Shown here: positions 9,649 through 19,237 of the stretch, piece after piece
How the letters are laid out: each line of letters opens with the position of its first letter
Position numbering within the stretch: the stretch's first letter is position 1
From: a bacterium
GTDB taxonomy: Bacteria > Bacillota > Clostridia > Oscillospirales > Acutalibacteraceae
Direction of reading: 5' to 3'
Length of the DNA: 64,000 bases
NCBI GenBank assembly: GCA_963657005.1
Contig: CAVKLC010000001.1
Span: 45,081-109,080, forward strand
Program-made: the position numbers and the translations under genes
Notes under the pieces: generated by a model
Told to the model about the DNA's origin: nothing
Database searches by the model: none
What the model saw: only the letters and a program-made list of their open reading frames with translations

Positions 9649-10350
9649 TTAACCACTGATAACAAATTTAAACTTTAATTCGTTATCGGTTTTATTTTTA
9701 TTTTCAATAGTCATTTTAGTATTTACTGTAGCCGTTCCGCTTGCAATATTAGAAACCAGCTTCACATTGCCAATTAAATTATCGTCTTTATCAAAGCAAG
9801 AAAGTACAGGAGTGAATAAGCCTAAACCATTATTAACATTACCTATTATTTCAAATTCTAAATAAATTTCAACACAAATATTGTCTGTTTCATCATCTGA
9901 TATTTGAATATCATGCTCTGTCACTGCTGCGATAACACCAGCTTCGTCTACTATTTCATCATTATATTCAAGAATAAAATCATCACTGTTGTATTTTATG
10001 TTTCTTTCTCTTTTCTCTATGTTTTCTTTAACTTTCTTTTTGACTTTTACTTCTTTTTTACTGTTACGACTGTCGTTATTTGAAGTAAGATATTCATATA
10101 TTTTTTGTTGATAATCTAAGTTTTCAAAAGAGTTTTCCGCTATATCATTTGAATTTTCAATCAGCATTGAAAAACCAAGTATAAAAACAGTAACGATAAA
10201 ACTGCCTATCAGCTCACTTAAAGCGATAATAAAAAACGACAATTCTTCTTCATTTGCCGCCGTGATACTTAAAATAATAAACGCTATAATAGATAAAATA
10301 ATAATTAAATAAGCAAGTCCTTCAATTATTACATCACTTTTTCTTTTCAC
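9649..10350 (-). CDS. Hypothetical membrane protein (two N-terminal TM helices, acidic beta-rich soluble domain)
   Basis: 236-aa ORF; likely GTG start at 10350 after GAGGTG; noticeably more AT-rich than flanking genes. Confidence 0.75.
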   Translation of the reverse strand: MKRKSDVIIEGLAYLIIILSIIAFIILSITAANEEELSFFIIALSELIGSFIVTVFILGFSMLIENSNDIAENSFENLDYQQKIYEYLTSNNDSRNSKKEVKVKKKVKENIEKRERNIKYNSDDFILEYNDEIVDEAGVIAAVTEHDIQISDDETDNICVEIYLEFEIIGNVNNGLGLFTPVLSCFDKDDNLIGNVKLVSNIASGTATVNTKMTIENKNKTDNELKFKFVISG

Positions 10351-10372
10351 AAAAATCACCTCTTATTATAGC

Positions 10373-10427
10373 ATTATAGATGTTTTGCGTCTATAAGTCA
10401 ATAGATAGTTTATATCTATGCTAAAAT
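10373..10427. promoter_or_regulatory. Divergent promoter region with two 19-bp ATAGA-N9-TCTAT operators
   Basis: Palindromes at 10376-10394 and 10401-10419; leftward TTGACT-N17-TATAAT (10401-10373); rightward extended -10 TGcTAAAAT (10419-10427). Confidence 0.65.
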
Positions 10428-10443
10428 ATCAACGGTGATAAAG

Positions 10444-10659
10444 ATGAAACAGGAATTCGGCAAAAGAATTCGTGATTTAAGGGAAGACAAAGACCTTAAT
10501 CAAACCGAGCTTGGCAAAAAAGTCAATATGACGCAACGCAAAATTTCCTATATTGAAAACGGAACATATGAGCCAAGCATTGACGATATAATTTCCTTTT
10601 GCAAGTTTTTTAATGTTTCTGCCGATTATTTGTTAGGATTAAATAATAATACAAAATAA
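10444..10659 (+). CDS. XRE/Cro-C1-type HTH transcriptional regulator
   Basis: RIRDLREDKDLNQTELG...ISYIENG..EPS...FFNVSADYLLG; ATG 10444 after GGTGA. Confidence 0.9.
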   Translation: MKQEFGKRIRDLREDKDLNQTELGKKVNMTQRKISYIENGTYEPSIDDIISFCKFFNVSADYLLGLNNNTK

Positions 10660-10720
10660 GGACAACGAAGATTTAAAATTTCGCTGTTCTTTTTATTTAA
10701 ATGTGTCAATAAATGCATAC

Positions 10721-10811
10721 GAGTTAACAATGTTAGCCCCTACGGTAATTTTTCTATTTTAAATAGTCTAAAATGATAAGACTATCGTAGCGGCGGATAT
10801 TATCCACCTGC
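10721..10811. repeat. GTAG-type REP doublet (REPIN-like)
   Basis: Hairpin-CTAC (10740-43), 43-nt spacer, GTAG-hairpin (10787-90); spacer homologous to the 21171 and 49887 copies. Confidence 0.75.
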
Positions 10812-10838
10812 ATACAATAGCATCAACCTATTCCCTAT

Positions 10839-10869
10839 AAAAAACAAAAACCCCCAACTGTGTTGGAGG
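10839..10869 (-). terminator. Intrinsic terminator after the PHP gene
   Basis: Minus strand CCTCCAACacaGTTGGGGG followed by TTTTTGTTTTTT. Confidence 0.7.
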
Positions 10870-10917
10870 AATGTCCTTTGACCAAAGTCAATTTGCCATA
10901 CAAAAGATAGTCATATA

Positions 10918-11805
10918 TTATTCATTTTGAGCTTTTGCAAGTGCTTCTTTTTCAGCCTTGCGCTGAGCTCTTTTTTTCTTTGCCTTGTAACCTAAAAGCT
11001 TGTCAAGATGTTCGTCAGGGGTGGTGCAAGTGCCGAGGGTAACGGTTGAAGAACCGTAAATACCGTGGAAATCTGAGCCACCGGTCATAAGAAGCTTCTT
11101 TTCTTTACAAATGCCGCCGAGCATTTCAATCTCCATATCGGAAGCTGACGGATGCCAAACCTCAATACCGTCAAGACCCATCTCAACATAATCGTCAATC
11201 TCGTCAAAATTATCAAGAAAAGCAGGGTGAGCAAGAACGGCAATACCGCCTGCACCGTGAATTTCGTCAATAACTTCCTTAACATCAGGGTACTTGGTAG
11301 GAGCTAAAAGATTTGTTTCGCTGTCAGGCGAAAAGAGCGCATCATAAAGGTCGCCGAAGATTTTGTCGGTATATCCGGCGTCCATAAGAGCGTGCATAAT
11401 ATGCTGCTTGAATAAATTTGTTGAGCCTGAAGCGTGGCTGATGATAAATTCCGTTGAAACAGGAAATCTTGCCGCAACTTTAAGCATCATAATTTGACCT
11501 GCCCTTTTGCGTGCAACCGAAGTACGCTTGCAAATACCCTCAAGCCTGTCCGGTGTGTCGGCAAGATAACAGAGAATGTGAACCTTTTTACCGGCTTCGT
11601 TATCAAAAGCGGAAAGTTCAACTCCCGGTATAACATTAACTCCGTAACGCTTACCGATAACCTGTCCTCTTACTGTGCCTGCAAGGCAGTCATGGTCTGT
11701 TATGGCAATAGTATCAATACCGCTTTTTTGAGCGATAACAATAAGGTCTTCAATGCCAACAGATCCGTCGCTAAGTTTTGTATGACAATGTAAATCTGCT
11801 GCCAT
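10918..11805 (-). CDS. PHP-domain phosphoesterase (TrpH/YciV-like)
   Basis: DLHCHTKLSDG, AITDHD, GVELS, VHILCY, LAHP, DGIEVWHP, GGSDFHG. Confidence 0.92.
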   Translation of the reverse strand: MAADLHCHTKLSDGSVGIEDLIVIAQKSGIDTIAITDHDCLAGTVRGQVIGKRYGVNVIPGVELSAFDNEAGKKVHILCYLADTPDRLEGICKRTSVARKRAGQIMMLKVAARFPVSTEFIISHASGSTNLFKQHIMHALMDAGYTDKIFGDLYDALFSPDSETNLLAPTKYPDVKEVIDEIHGAGGIAVLAHPAFLDNFDEIDDYVEMGLDGIEVWHPSASDMEIEMLGGICKEKKLLMTGGSDFHGIYGSSTVTLGTCTTPDEHLDKLLGYKAKKKRAQRKAEKEALAKAQNE

Positions 11806-12025
11806 AACAATCTCCTTTCGATTAAATAGACAGTTAAACTGCTATTTGGTGAGTAATAAAGTAGGGTTAGCACTTTTACTAAAGCCCCGTAGTTTACTTA
11901 GAGTAAAAATGCAGTTTGTCCCTCAACATATAGGATAACATATTTATTATTATTTTTCAAGTTTATTTTAGACAATTATTCTCTTTTTTAACACCTAATC
12001 GCCAAAAAATACACAAATAGGCTTA

Positions 12026-12574
12026 TTAACGATTAAATAATTTTAAAACTCGATTGAGCCTGCTTATCGGAAGACCGACAACATTAAAATAATCACCGTC
12101 GATTTTTTCCACAAGAAGTGAGCCTTTGCCCTGAATACCGTATGAACCCGCTTTGTCAAAAGGCTCACCGGTTGCAATATATTCTTCAATTTCTTCGTCG
12201 GTCAATTCAAACATTTTAACCTTGGTTTGGACGCTGAAAGTTTCAATCTTTTCGCCTTTAATAACGCTTACGCCGGTAAAAACGCTGTGTTCCCTGCCGC
12301 TGAGCATTCTAAGAGTTGCAAAAGCGTCGGCTTTATCCCTCGGTTTGCCCAAAATTTTGCCGTCAAGTGCAACAACAGTATCGGCGCCGATAACAATATC
12401 GGTTTCATTTTTAAGCGGCTGGGCTTTAATTTTTGAAAGGTATTCGACAGCTTTATCGGGAGTAATGCCCTGCGGCAAAGTTTCGTCAACATCGGCGCTT
12501 TTAACCGTAAAATCAGTTGTTATAAAAGACAGAAGTTCCCTTCTCCTCGGCGATTTTGAAGCTAAAATAATCAT
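12026..12574 (-). CDS. maf: Maf nucleoside-triphosphate pyrophosphatase
   Basis: ILASKSPRRRELL, GADTVV, GKP, DKAGSYGIQG, NVVGLP. Confidence 0.95.
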   Translation of the reverse strand: MIILASKSPRRRELLSFITTDFTVKSADVDETLPQGITPDKAVEYLSKIKAQPLKNETDIVIGADTVVALDGKILGKPRDKADAFATLRMLSGREHSVFTGVSVIKGEKIETFSVQTKVKMFELTDEEIEEYIATGEPFDKAGSYGIQGKGSLLVEKIDGDYFNVVGLPISRLNRVLKLFNR

Positions 12575-14574
12575 TAAAGTGCACCTCTTTGGTAAAGTCC
12601 TCTTGTATATTTAAAATCGGGTTTTGCACCGCTTTCATAAAGTGAAATTATATTTTCCACCTGCTTTTCACTTTCAATAGTAAAAGCAAAATGGATAAAA
12701 TCGGTGTAAATTTCGTCAAGCCTGTCAAGCATATATGTCGGCACGCAGTTAAGCATTTCAACGCAGGGGAAATCGCTGCAAATAACAGGGAATTCCATGC
12801 CCTTTCTGTCTGTCAAATGACCGTGTTTGTTACATTCAAAACAGCCGATATCATTTTTTATAGGGCAATTACGGGTGAGCATAAGCGACGCATATCCATA
12901 AACGAACATACCCGTATCAGGTGCATTAATATTGTTAATTTGCGACTGAGTAAGCTCAAAAGACAAAATCGGTCGGTCAATAAGATTTGCCGAAACGCTG
13001 TTAAACACATTCAAGCCGAAATCGCCCCAAACTTCAAATCCCATATCTTTGCAAAGTTGATAAGAGCCGATATTACCGCAAAGTGCCTTGCTGACCCCTG
13101 CCCTTTTGAGCTTTTCAAGCTTCGCTTTAAGTTCGTTTTCAATGCCGAAAAGCCCCCTCGGCATAACGACACCCGCGCGGTTGTCAACAAAATCTTCAAC
13201 CGCCGAATCAATAGGAATAAATACCGTTTTAAACGGATGCTTATCCGGTATTTGGCTCGCACTTTTAAACGAGGCAGTAGCATAAGGAACGCTGTTTTTA
13301 GCCTTTGCTCTAACCACATCAAAAGCCTTGTATTTAAAGCTGATTTTGTCCGTTTTGTTAAGCTTTTCAACAGCTTCCCTTCTCATTTCATTTATCTTGG
13401 AAGCAGGTAAAATCAAGCCGTCGTCAACAGTGATATTAACCTCATTCGCGTAAAACTGAGTACCGCCGAGTTTACTGAGCCTTTCGGTCAAGCTTTCGGC
13501 AGTCATAGGCTTGTTTATTGCTTTTTCAGGCACATCACCCACTACTTTTACGCTCTTGCCGCCGCTCGTCATTTTAAGCACTGCATTTTCTCCGTTTTTG
13601 CAGACAAAATCGATATTTGCAGGCAGAAGCGGCATTTCTTTTTCATAATTTTTTGCAATTTCTTTAAGCACACTGTTTGAAGCAGAAACAACATCTTCCT
13701 TTTGCCTTGTGCCAAACATATTTTTGTCAAGCTTGCCGTTAAGGTATCCGTCGGTAAAACCGCTCCTTGAAAAAACGCTTCTTAGCATAAATTCGTCAGA
13801 CGCAGTATATTTGCCGTCTATCGCTTTTTTAACGGCTGAAACGGCGGCACTGACATATTCCGGTCTTTTCATCCTGCCCTCAATTTTAAGGCTTGTTATG
13901 CCGACAAGCCTGTCAAGCTCACCGACAAGGCTCAGATCTTTAAGCGACAGAGCGTGAGTCGCATTACCGCCCGCGGTGAATGGTAAACGGCACGGCTGAG
14001 CGCAAAGCCCCCTGTTACCGCTCCTTGAGCCAATCATAGACGACAGATAGCACTGACCCGAAACGGACATACAAAGCGCGCCGTGGACAAAAAGTTCAAG
14101 TTCAAGCGAAGTGTTTTCCCTGATTTCTTTAATCTCGTCAAGGCTCATCTCTCTCGGCAAAACTATGCGCTTAAAGCCCATTTGCTCCGCCGCTTTTGCA
14201 CCCGACGGCGACATAATGCTCATTTGGGTTGAACCGTGAAGCCTTACAGACGGGAAATGCTCCATAATCATTTTTGCCACACCGATATCCTGAACGATAA
14301 ATGCGTCGATTCCGTTTGAAAGAGCGTCTTTGACCGCATTATATGCCTCTCTCATTTCGTCATCGGACACAACAATATTGAGCGTTAAGTAAACCTTAAC
14401 ACCCCTTTTGTGGCAATACTCGACTGCCCTTTTCATTTCATCATTATCAAAATTGCCGGCGTTGCGACGGGCATTAAACGACTTACCGCCAAGATAAATC
14501 GCATTTGCACCGCTACGCACACCGGCAACAAGTGACTCCATACTTCCCGCAGGAGCCAAAATTTCAAATTTCAT
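12574..14574 (-). CDS. Peptidase U32 family Fe-S protein with C-terminal extension (RlhA-like RNA hydroxylase)
   Basis: EILAPAG, HGSTQM, LPRE, FVHGALCMSVSGQC...GNRGLCAQPCR, SLKIEGRMK. Confidence 0.88.
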   Translation of the reverse strand: MKFEILAPAGSMESLVAGVRSGANAIYLGGKSFNARRNAGNFDNDEMKRAVEYCHKRGVKVYLTLNIVVSDDEMREAYNAVKDALSNGIDAFIVQDIGVAKMIMEHFPSVRLHGSTQMSIMSPSGAKAAEQMGFKRIVLPREMSLDEIKEIRENTSLELELFVHGALCMSVSGQCYLSSMIGSRSGNRGLCAQPCRLPFTAGGNATHALSLKDLSLVGELDRLVGITSLKIEGRMKRPEYVSAAVSAVKKAIDGKYTASDEFMLRSVFSRSGFTDGYLNGKLDKNMFGTRQKEDVVSASNSVLKEIAKNYEKEMPLLPANIDFVCKNGENAVLKMTSGGKSVKVVGDVPEKAINKPMTAESLTERLSKLGGTQFYANEVNITVDDGLILPASKINEMRREAVEKLNKTDKISFKYKAFDVVRAKAKNSVPYATASFKSASQIPDKHPFKTVFIPIDSAVEDFVDNRAGVVMPRGLFGIENELKAKLEKLKRAGVSKALCGNIGSYQLCKDMGFEVWGDFGLNVFNSVSANLIDRPILSFELTQSQINNINAPDTGMFVYGYASLMLTRNCPIKNDIGCFECNKHGHLTDRKGMEFPVICSDFPCVEMLNCVPTYMLDRLDEIYTDFIHFAFTIESEKQVENIISLYESGAKPDFKYTRGLYQRGAL

Positions 14575-14596
14575 ACTGTTTCTCTTTCGACTGAAA

Positions 14597-14950
14597 TTAC
14601 TTGTTTGCAGCAAGCTTGTCCCTAAGGTCGCTTATCTCACGATTAAGCCTTTCAACCTCGCGCCTTGCAACATCAACTTCCATTCTTGCCCTTGCGCTGT
14701 CCTCAAGATAATCTTTAATTTGAGCGCGAAGATTATCGGCGGAAGCAGTAGCCTTTTTGCTTGCGTCGGCATTGTCAAGTGCAACGAGCACAGCCGCCTG
14801 TGTCACCGAAAGTGACGGATTAGCGTTAATAATCGCCCTCATATTTTCGCTGATTTCGTCAGCAAGAGTTTCAACATATTCCGGTTCATCTTCGGTAACT
14901 ATTGTATAGCTTGCGCCACCGATTTTTACATGTACTTTGTTTTTATTCAT
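14597..14950 (-). CDS. zapA: Cell division protein ZapA
   Basis: NKVHVKIGGASYTIV..EPEYV..LA..I...AAVLVALD plus C-terminal coiled coil. Confidence 0.85.
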   Translation of the reverse strand: MNKNKVHVKIGGASYTIVTEDEPEYVETLADEISENMRAIINANPSLSVTQAAVLVALDNADASKKATASADNLRAQIKDYLEDSARARMEVDVARREVERLNREISDLRDKLAANK

Positions 14951-15135
14951 AATTAGCACCTTCAATTAAATCGACATATTTCTACTCAATAAGTATACCA
15001 ACAATAATTGAACTTGTCAATGCGAATAAATTAGTAGTTTAACAAAATTTTAGCAAAAGTTTATATTATTTTTCTTGATAAATTTGCTTCATTATTTTAA
15101 AATATAAATGTAAAATATTTCGGAGGAAGTAATTT

Positions 15136-15600
15136 ATGGATGAATTTGGCACAAATAAAATAGGATACTACTTAACCGCTGTAGCAAACTTTTTCAAGCA
15201 CAGCGCAACCGACATTCAAAAGAAAATTTATCCAAGCAGGCTTTCGGCTTCAAACGGATATATTCTTTCTTTTCTTTGCGAAAACGAGGACAAGGATATT
15301 TTTCAAAAAGATATTGAAAAAGAGTTTGATATCGGGCGTTCAAGTGTATCGGCTATACTTAACGAATTTGAAAAATACAATCTTATTGAGCGAAAGAGCG
15401 TAACAAGTGACGGCAGGCTTAAAAAAGTAGTAGTAACCCCTGCGGCAAAAATTATAAATGACGCCTGTAAAAAAGAGATTAATCATTTTTTCTATGACCT
15501 TGCAAGTGATTTGAGCGACGACGAAGTAAAAACTTTTGTCAAAGTTTTAAGCACTATGAAGAAAAACAGTGAAAGAATGAGATATGACAGTCTTTTTTGA
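15136..15600 (+). CDS. MarR-family transcriptional regulator
   Basis: FQKDIEKEFDIGRSSVSAIL...LIER...DGRLKKVVVT. Confidence 0.9.
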   Translation: MDEFGTNKIGYYLTAVANFFKHSATDIQKKIYPSRLSASNGYILSFLCENEDKDIFQKDIEKEFDIGRSSVSAILNEFEKYNLIERKSVTSDGRLKKVVVTPAAKIINDACKKEINHFFYDLASDLSDDEVKTFVKVLSTMKKNSERMRYDSLF

Positions 15601-15622
15601 AACTTAACTTAATATGATTTTT

Positions 15623-15654
15623 AAAACCACCTTTAGGGGTGGTTTTGTTTTTTT
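15623..15654 (+). terminator. Intrinsic terminator
   Basis: AAAACCACC-tttagg-GGTGGTTTT followed by a T-run. Confidence 0.8.
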
Positions 15655-15796
15655 GCACATTTGCATAAATGTAATAAAATTATAATATTTATATCATAGA
15701 CAATTACAAAAAATTATGATATTATATATAGGATATATGCTGTGGTATTGCGCTTTGCGGCAACACAGCTATTTTTTAGGGTTACGAGGGTTTCAT

Positions 15797-17290
15797 ATGA
15801 ACGACTATAAAATAGAAGTAGTCAATTTAAATATTACTAACAATTATGTTGAAATGACAGTTGAACTTACCGGGGAAAAGGAGCTTTACTATCCGAGAAT
15901 TTCGGCTTGCTTTTACAGTGATAACGACAACCGTATTTTGCCTATGGACTTAAAATCGTGTAACGGCAACAAAGCTGTTGCGATAGGTATATTTGACGCA
16001 CCTTTTCTTTTTTATAACAATAACAAAAATCAAAATGTTAAAGTTGACTTTTTGTTCAGTGACGGCACCGGCAACAATTTAATAGTCAAGCCGGAAAAGA
16101 AAATTATCATTCCCGTTAAGAAAAAGAGCAAGTTATCGCATTTCTTTTCAAGCAGTAAAAGAGAAAAAACAAAAATGCTTTTCTCAATTTTAATGAGTGT
16201 ACTCTTTTTGCCGTATAAAAGGATGAAAGTTCAGCCTAACAAGGTCACTTTTTTGTCAAACCGTGCCGACAGATTAACCGGAAATATTAAATCGGTCTTT
16301 TTTGAAATGACAAAAATTGACGGCATTGAAATCAATGTTCTTTGCAAAAGAGGCGGACTTAAAGAAAATTTGCCGAATCTTTTTAAATTCTTAAAGCTTT
16401 ATTCAACAAGTTCGGTTGTATTTGTTGACGATTACTATCATTTCCTTTCTTATTTAAAGAAAAAGGATGATGTAAGGCTCATTCAGCTTTGGCACGCCTG
16501 CGGCGCGTTTAAAACATTCGGCTTTTCAAGGCTCGGCCGTGACAGCTATTTAAGGCAGAGTTCGCCTAACCACAGGCAATACGACTATGTTGTTGTAAGC
16601 TCAAACGAGGTTATTCCGTACTATGCGGAGGGCTTCGGCGTTGCTATGAATAAAGTAATTGCGCTCGGCTCGCCGAGGTGCGACGTGCTTGAAAAAGAAG
16701 ATTACAAAAAGCGTTTTCGCAAAAAGTTTTACAAGGAAAACGAGCAGCTCAAGGGCAAAAAGATTATGCTCTTTGCTCCTACTTTCCGCGGCGGCGGTAT
16801 GGGCAACTGCCGTTATCCGGTTGAAAAGTTTGAAACCGATAAAATATTTGAAAACATAAGCGATGACTGGGTAATACTTGTCAAAATGCATCCTTACCTT
16901 AAAGAAAGACCGGTATGCTCACCTAAGTATCAAGGCAGAATGATTGACTTCACCTCAAAATACGATGTTAATGATTTGCTTCTTGTTACCGACTTGCTTA
17001 TAACCGACTATTCAAGTGTTATTTTTGAGGCTTCTATAGTTGATATTCCTATGTTGTTTTTCGCATTTGACCTTAACGAATACAGCCGTGACAGAGATTT
17101 TTATTGCAACTTTGCTTCATTCGTTCCGGGTAAAATTGTGCTTAATACCGATGAAATGATTGATTCGATAAACAATAACGATTTTAAAAAGGAACTTGTT
17201 AAACCGTTTAGGCAAAGGTATTTCGGCGAAACCACCGGAAACGCAACCAAAAATGTTGTTGAATTTACAAAGGAGCTTTTAAAAGAATAA
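15797..17290 (+). CDS. CDP-glycerol/ribitol-phosphate transferase (TagB/TagF/TarL family)
   Basis: QLWHACGAFKTFG, GSPRCD, FAPTFRG, KMHP, ITDYSSV; ATG 15797 after GAGGG. Confidence 0.9.
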   Translation: MNDYKIEVVNLNITNNYVEMTVELTGEKELYYPRISACFYSDNDNRILPMDLKSCNGNKAVAIGIFDAPFLFYNNNKNQNVKVDFLFSDGTGNNLIVKPEKKIIIPVKKKSKLSHFFSSSKREKTKMLFSILMSVLFLPYKRMKVQPNKVTFLSNRADRLTGNIKSVFFEMTKIDGIEINVLCKRGGLKENLPNLFKFLKLYSTSSVVFVDDYYHFLSYLKKKDDVRLIQLWHACGAFKTFGFSRLGRDSYLRQSSPNHRQYDYVVVSSNEVIPYYAEGFGVAMNKVIALGSPRCDVLEKEDYKKRFRKKFYKENEQLKGKKIMLFAPTFRGGGMGNCRYPVEKFETDKIFENISDDWVILVKMHPYLKERPVCSPKYQGRMIDFTSKYDVNDLLLVTDLLITDYSSVIFEASIVDIPMLFFAFDLNEYSRDRDFYCNFASFVPGKIVLNTDEMIDSINNNDFKKELVKPFRQRYFGETTGNATKNVVEFTKELLKE

Positions 17291-19197
17291 TGTTTGATTG
17301 CAAAATGATAATCAACAAAATGAATATAGACAGAAATAAGCTTAAAATATCCGTTTCATTCAGTTGCCCGTTTGATATTGATGTCACTTCTCCAAAGGCA
17401 AAAATCGTTTTTAAATGCGGTGAAAAAACAAGGCGGCTTCCGTTTTTGGTTACCAATTATTTTAGGCAAAAACAAAGCAGCTCTTGTATTGTTGTTTGCT
17501 CTTATTCATTTTTACTTGACAACTTATATTATAACTACACCTGCGATGATGATATCAATGTAAGAATTGATTTTTATTACGGCGAAAATGAAGTAATCGG
17601 TGTACCGTTTACCGTTTCGACCAATGTTTTGACTGAAAATCAAAATATCGAACTTGACGAAAAATATATTGAATACGAGTGTTTTGACGGCGTTACCGTT
17701 TTTTCTGACGAGGGTGAATTTATCGACGACAGAAAAAAAACAAAAAACACATATTCATTCGACTTCGACTGCGATAACAACAAATTTGTTATTCATCAAT
17801 TCCCCGAAAACAGGCAAAATGAAAGTTTCGTTCAAAAGAGCGTGCTTATCGTTGCGGTTATAAGACTTTTATTCTTTATTTTAAGATTAGCGCTCAGCAT
17901 TGTTCTTTTGCCTTATTTTGTTATTGACGGCTTCTTGGCTGCACTCGACATACTGCCGAGGCGCAAAACGCAGAAAATCGATTCCGTTTTAAAAAATATA
18001 TTTGTTCAAATTAAAATTAACATTTCATCTTTTATGAAAACAAGTTTTAAAAAGAATAATTTTCTTGAAAACATACGAAAGCCGCTTTATTTTCTTGCAA
18101 AGATTTATTATAAACACCTTTCTAAAAAGCCTATCGTTAAAAATCAAATTGCATTTATGTCGGGCAGGCGTGACGAAATCGGCGGCAACCCGGAGTATGT
18201 TTACAACCTTATTAAGGACCGTGACGACATTGAGTTTAAATTTCTTATGTTCTCCGACCCTGCCGGTCACAGGAGAATTAAGAATATCGTCAAGTTTTTA
18301 AAGCTTTATGCCACATCTAAAGTTGTTATTGTTGACGACTATTTCAGGCTTCTTAACTTGGTTACAAAGCGAGATGATGTCAAGCTTTTCCAACTTTGGC
18401 ACGCTTGCGGCGCGTTTAAGACTTTCGGTTTTACAAGGCTTGGCAAAAAGGGCGGCCCTAAGCAAACCGACCCTAACCACAGAATGTATGACTACGCAAT
18501 AGTAAGTTCAAAAGAGATTGCGAAGCATTATGCCGAGGGCTTTGGTTTGAGCGACGAAAATGTTGTTGCAACAGGTATTCCGAGAACCGATATTTTTATG
18601 GACAAGGAATACGAAAAAACCATTCAAACTTCATTTTATGAAAGGTATCCTCAGCTTAAAAGCAAAAAAATTATGCTTTTTGCTCCTACATTCAGGGGCA
18701 ACGGTCAAATGAGTGCTTATTACCCGCTTGACGCATTTGATGTGGAAAAAGCGTACGAAGGTCTTGGCGGCGAATATGCTATACTTATTAAGCTTCACCC
18801 GTTTTGTCAGGAAAGATTTGAAATACCTGAAAAATACAGTGACTTCATAATTGATATGAGTGAGGAGGACGAGCTTAACGACCTTCTTTTCGTTACCGAT
18901 TTGCTTGTTACCGACTATTCAAGCGTTATTTTTGAAGCTTCGCTTCGCAATATCCCTATGATGTTTTACGCTTTTGACTTATACGATTACATTTCAAGCA
19001 GAGATTTTTATTATGATTTTGAAAGCTTCGTTCCGGGCAAAATCGTATTCAGCGAAAACGAACTAATCAACTGCATTAACAATAATGATTTTGAGCAGGA
19101 AAAAGTTAACGGCTTTAAAAACAAGTTCTTTGACGACCTTGACGGTAAATCAAGCGACCGAGTTGCACACTTGATTTTAGAAAATTTAGATATATAA
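17290..19197 (+). CDS. Second TagB/TagF/TarL-family polyol-phosphate transferase with long N-terminal extension and hydrophobic segment
   Basis: QLWHACGAFKTFG, GIPRTD, FAPTFRG, KLHP, VTDYSSV; TAATG coupling to the upstream paralog. Confidence 0.9.
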   Translation: MFDCKMIINKMNIDRNKLKISVSFSCPFDIDVTSPKAKIVFKCGEKTRRLPFLVTNYFRQKQSSSCIVVCSYSFLLDNLYYNYTCDDDINVRIDFYYGENEVIGVPFTVSTNVLTENQNIELDEKYIEYECFDGVTVFSDEGEFIDDRKKTKNTYSFDFDCDNNKFVIHQFPENRQNESFVQKSVLIVAVIRLLFFILRLALSIVLLPYFVIDGFLAALDILPRRKTQKIDSVLKNIFVQIKINISSFMKTSFKKNNFLENIRKPLYFLAKIYYKHLSKKPIVKNQIAFMSGRRDEIGGNPEYVYNLIKDRDDIEFKFLMFSDPAGHRRIKNIVKFLKLYATSKVVIVDDYFRLLNLVTKRDDVKLFQLWHACGAFKTFGFTRLGKKGGPKQTDPNHRMYDYAIVSSKEIAKHYAEGFGLSDENVVATGIPRTDIFMDKEYEKTIQTSFYERYPQLKSKKIMLFAPTFRGNGQMSAYYPLDAFDVEKAYEGLGGEYAILIKLHPFCQERFEIPEKYSDFIIDMSEEDELNDLLFVTDLLVTDYSSVIFEASLRNIPMMFYAFDLYDYISSRDFYYDFESFVPGKIVFSENELINCINNNDFEQEKVNGFKNKFFDDLDGKSSDRVAHLILENLDI

Positions 19198-19237
19198 TAT
19201 AAATATAAAACCAATTATATATAAGGAGTTTAAATTT

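Noticed and set aside
9649..10659. Prophage or ICE remnant
   Set aside because: No integrase, att-like repeats, or phage/conjugation genes in view.
10868..10890. Minus-strand GGCAAA-TTGAC-tttg-GTCAA-AGGAC resembling the start of a c-di-GMP-I riboswitch
   Set aside because: Lacks the GNRA loop, GACGCAAAG and the second stem, and lies 3' of a gene.
12691..13410. 239-aa antisense ORF, and similar ones at 23808, 36475, 46220, 51000 and 61744
   Set aside because: All lie opposite well-supported genes and show no domain signatures.
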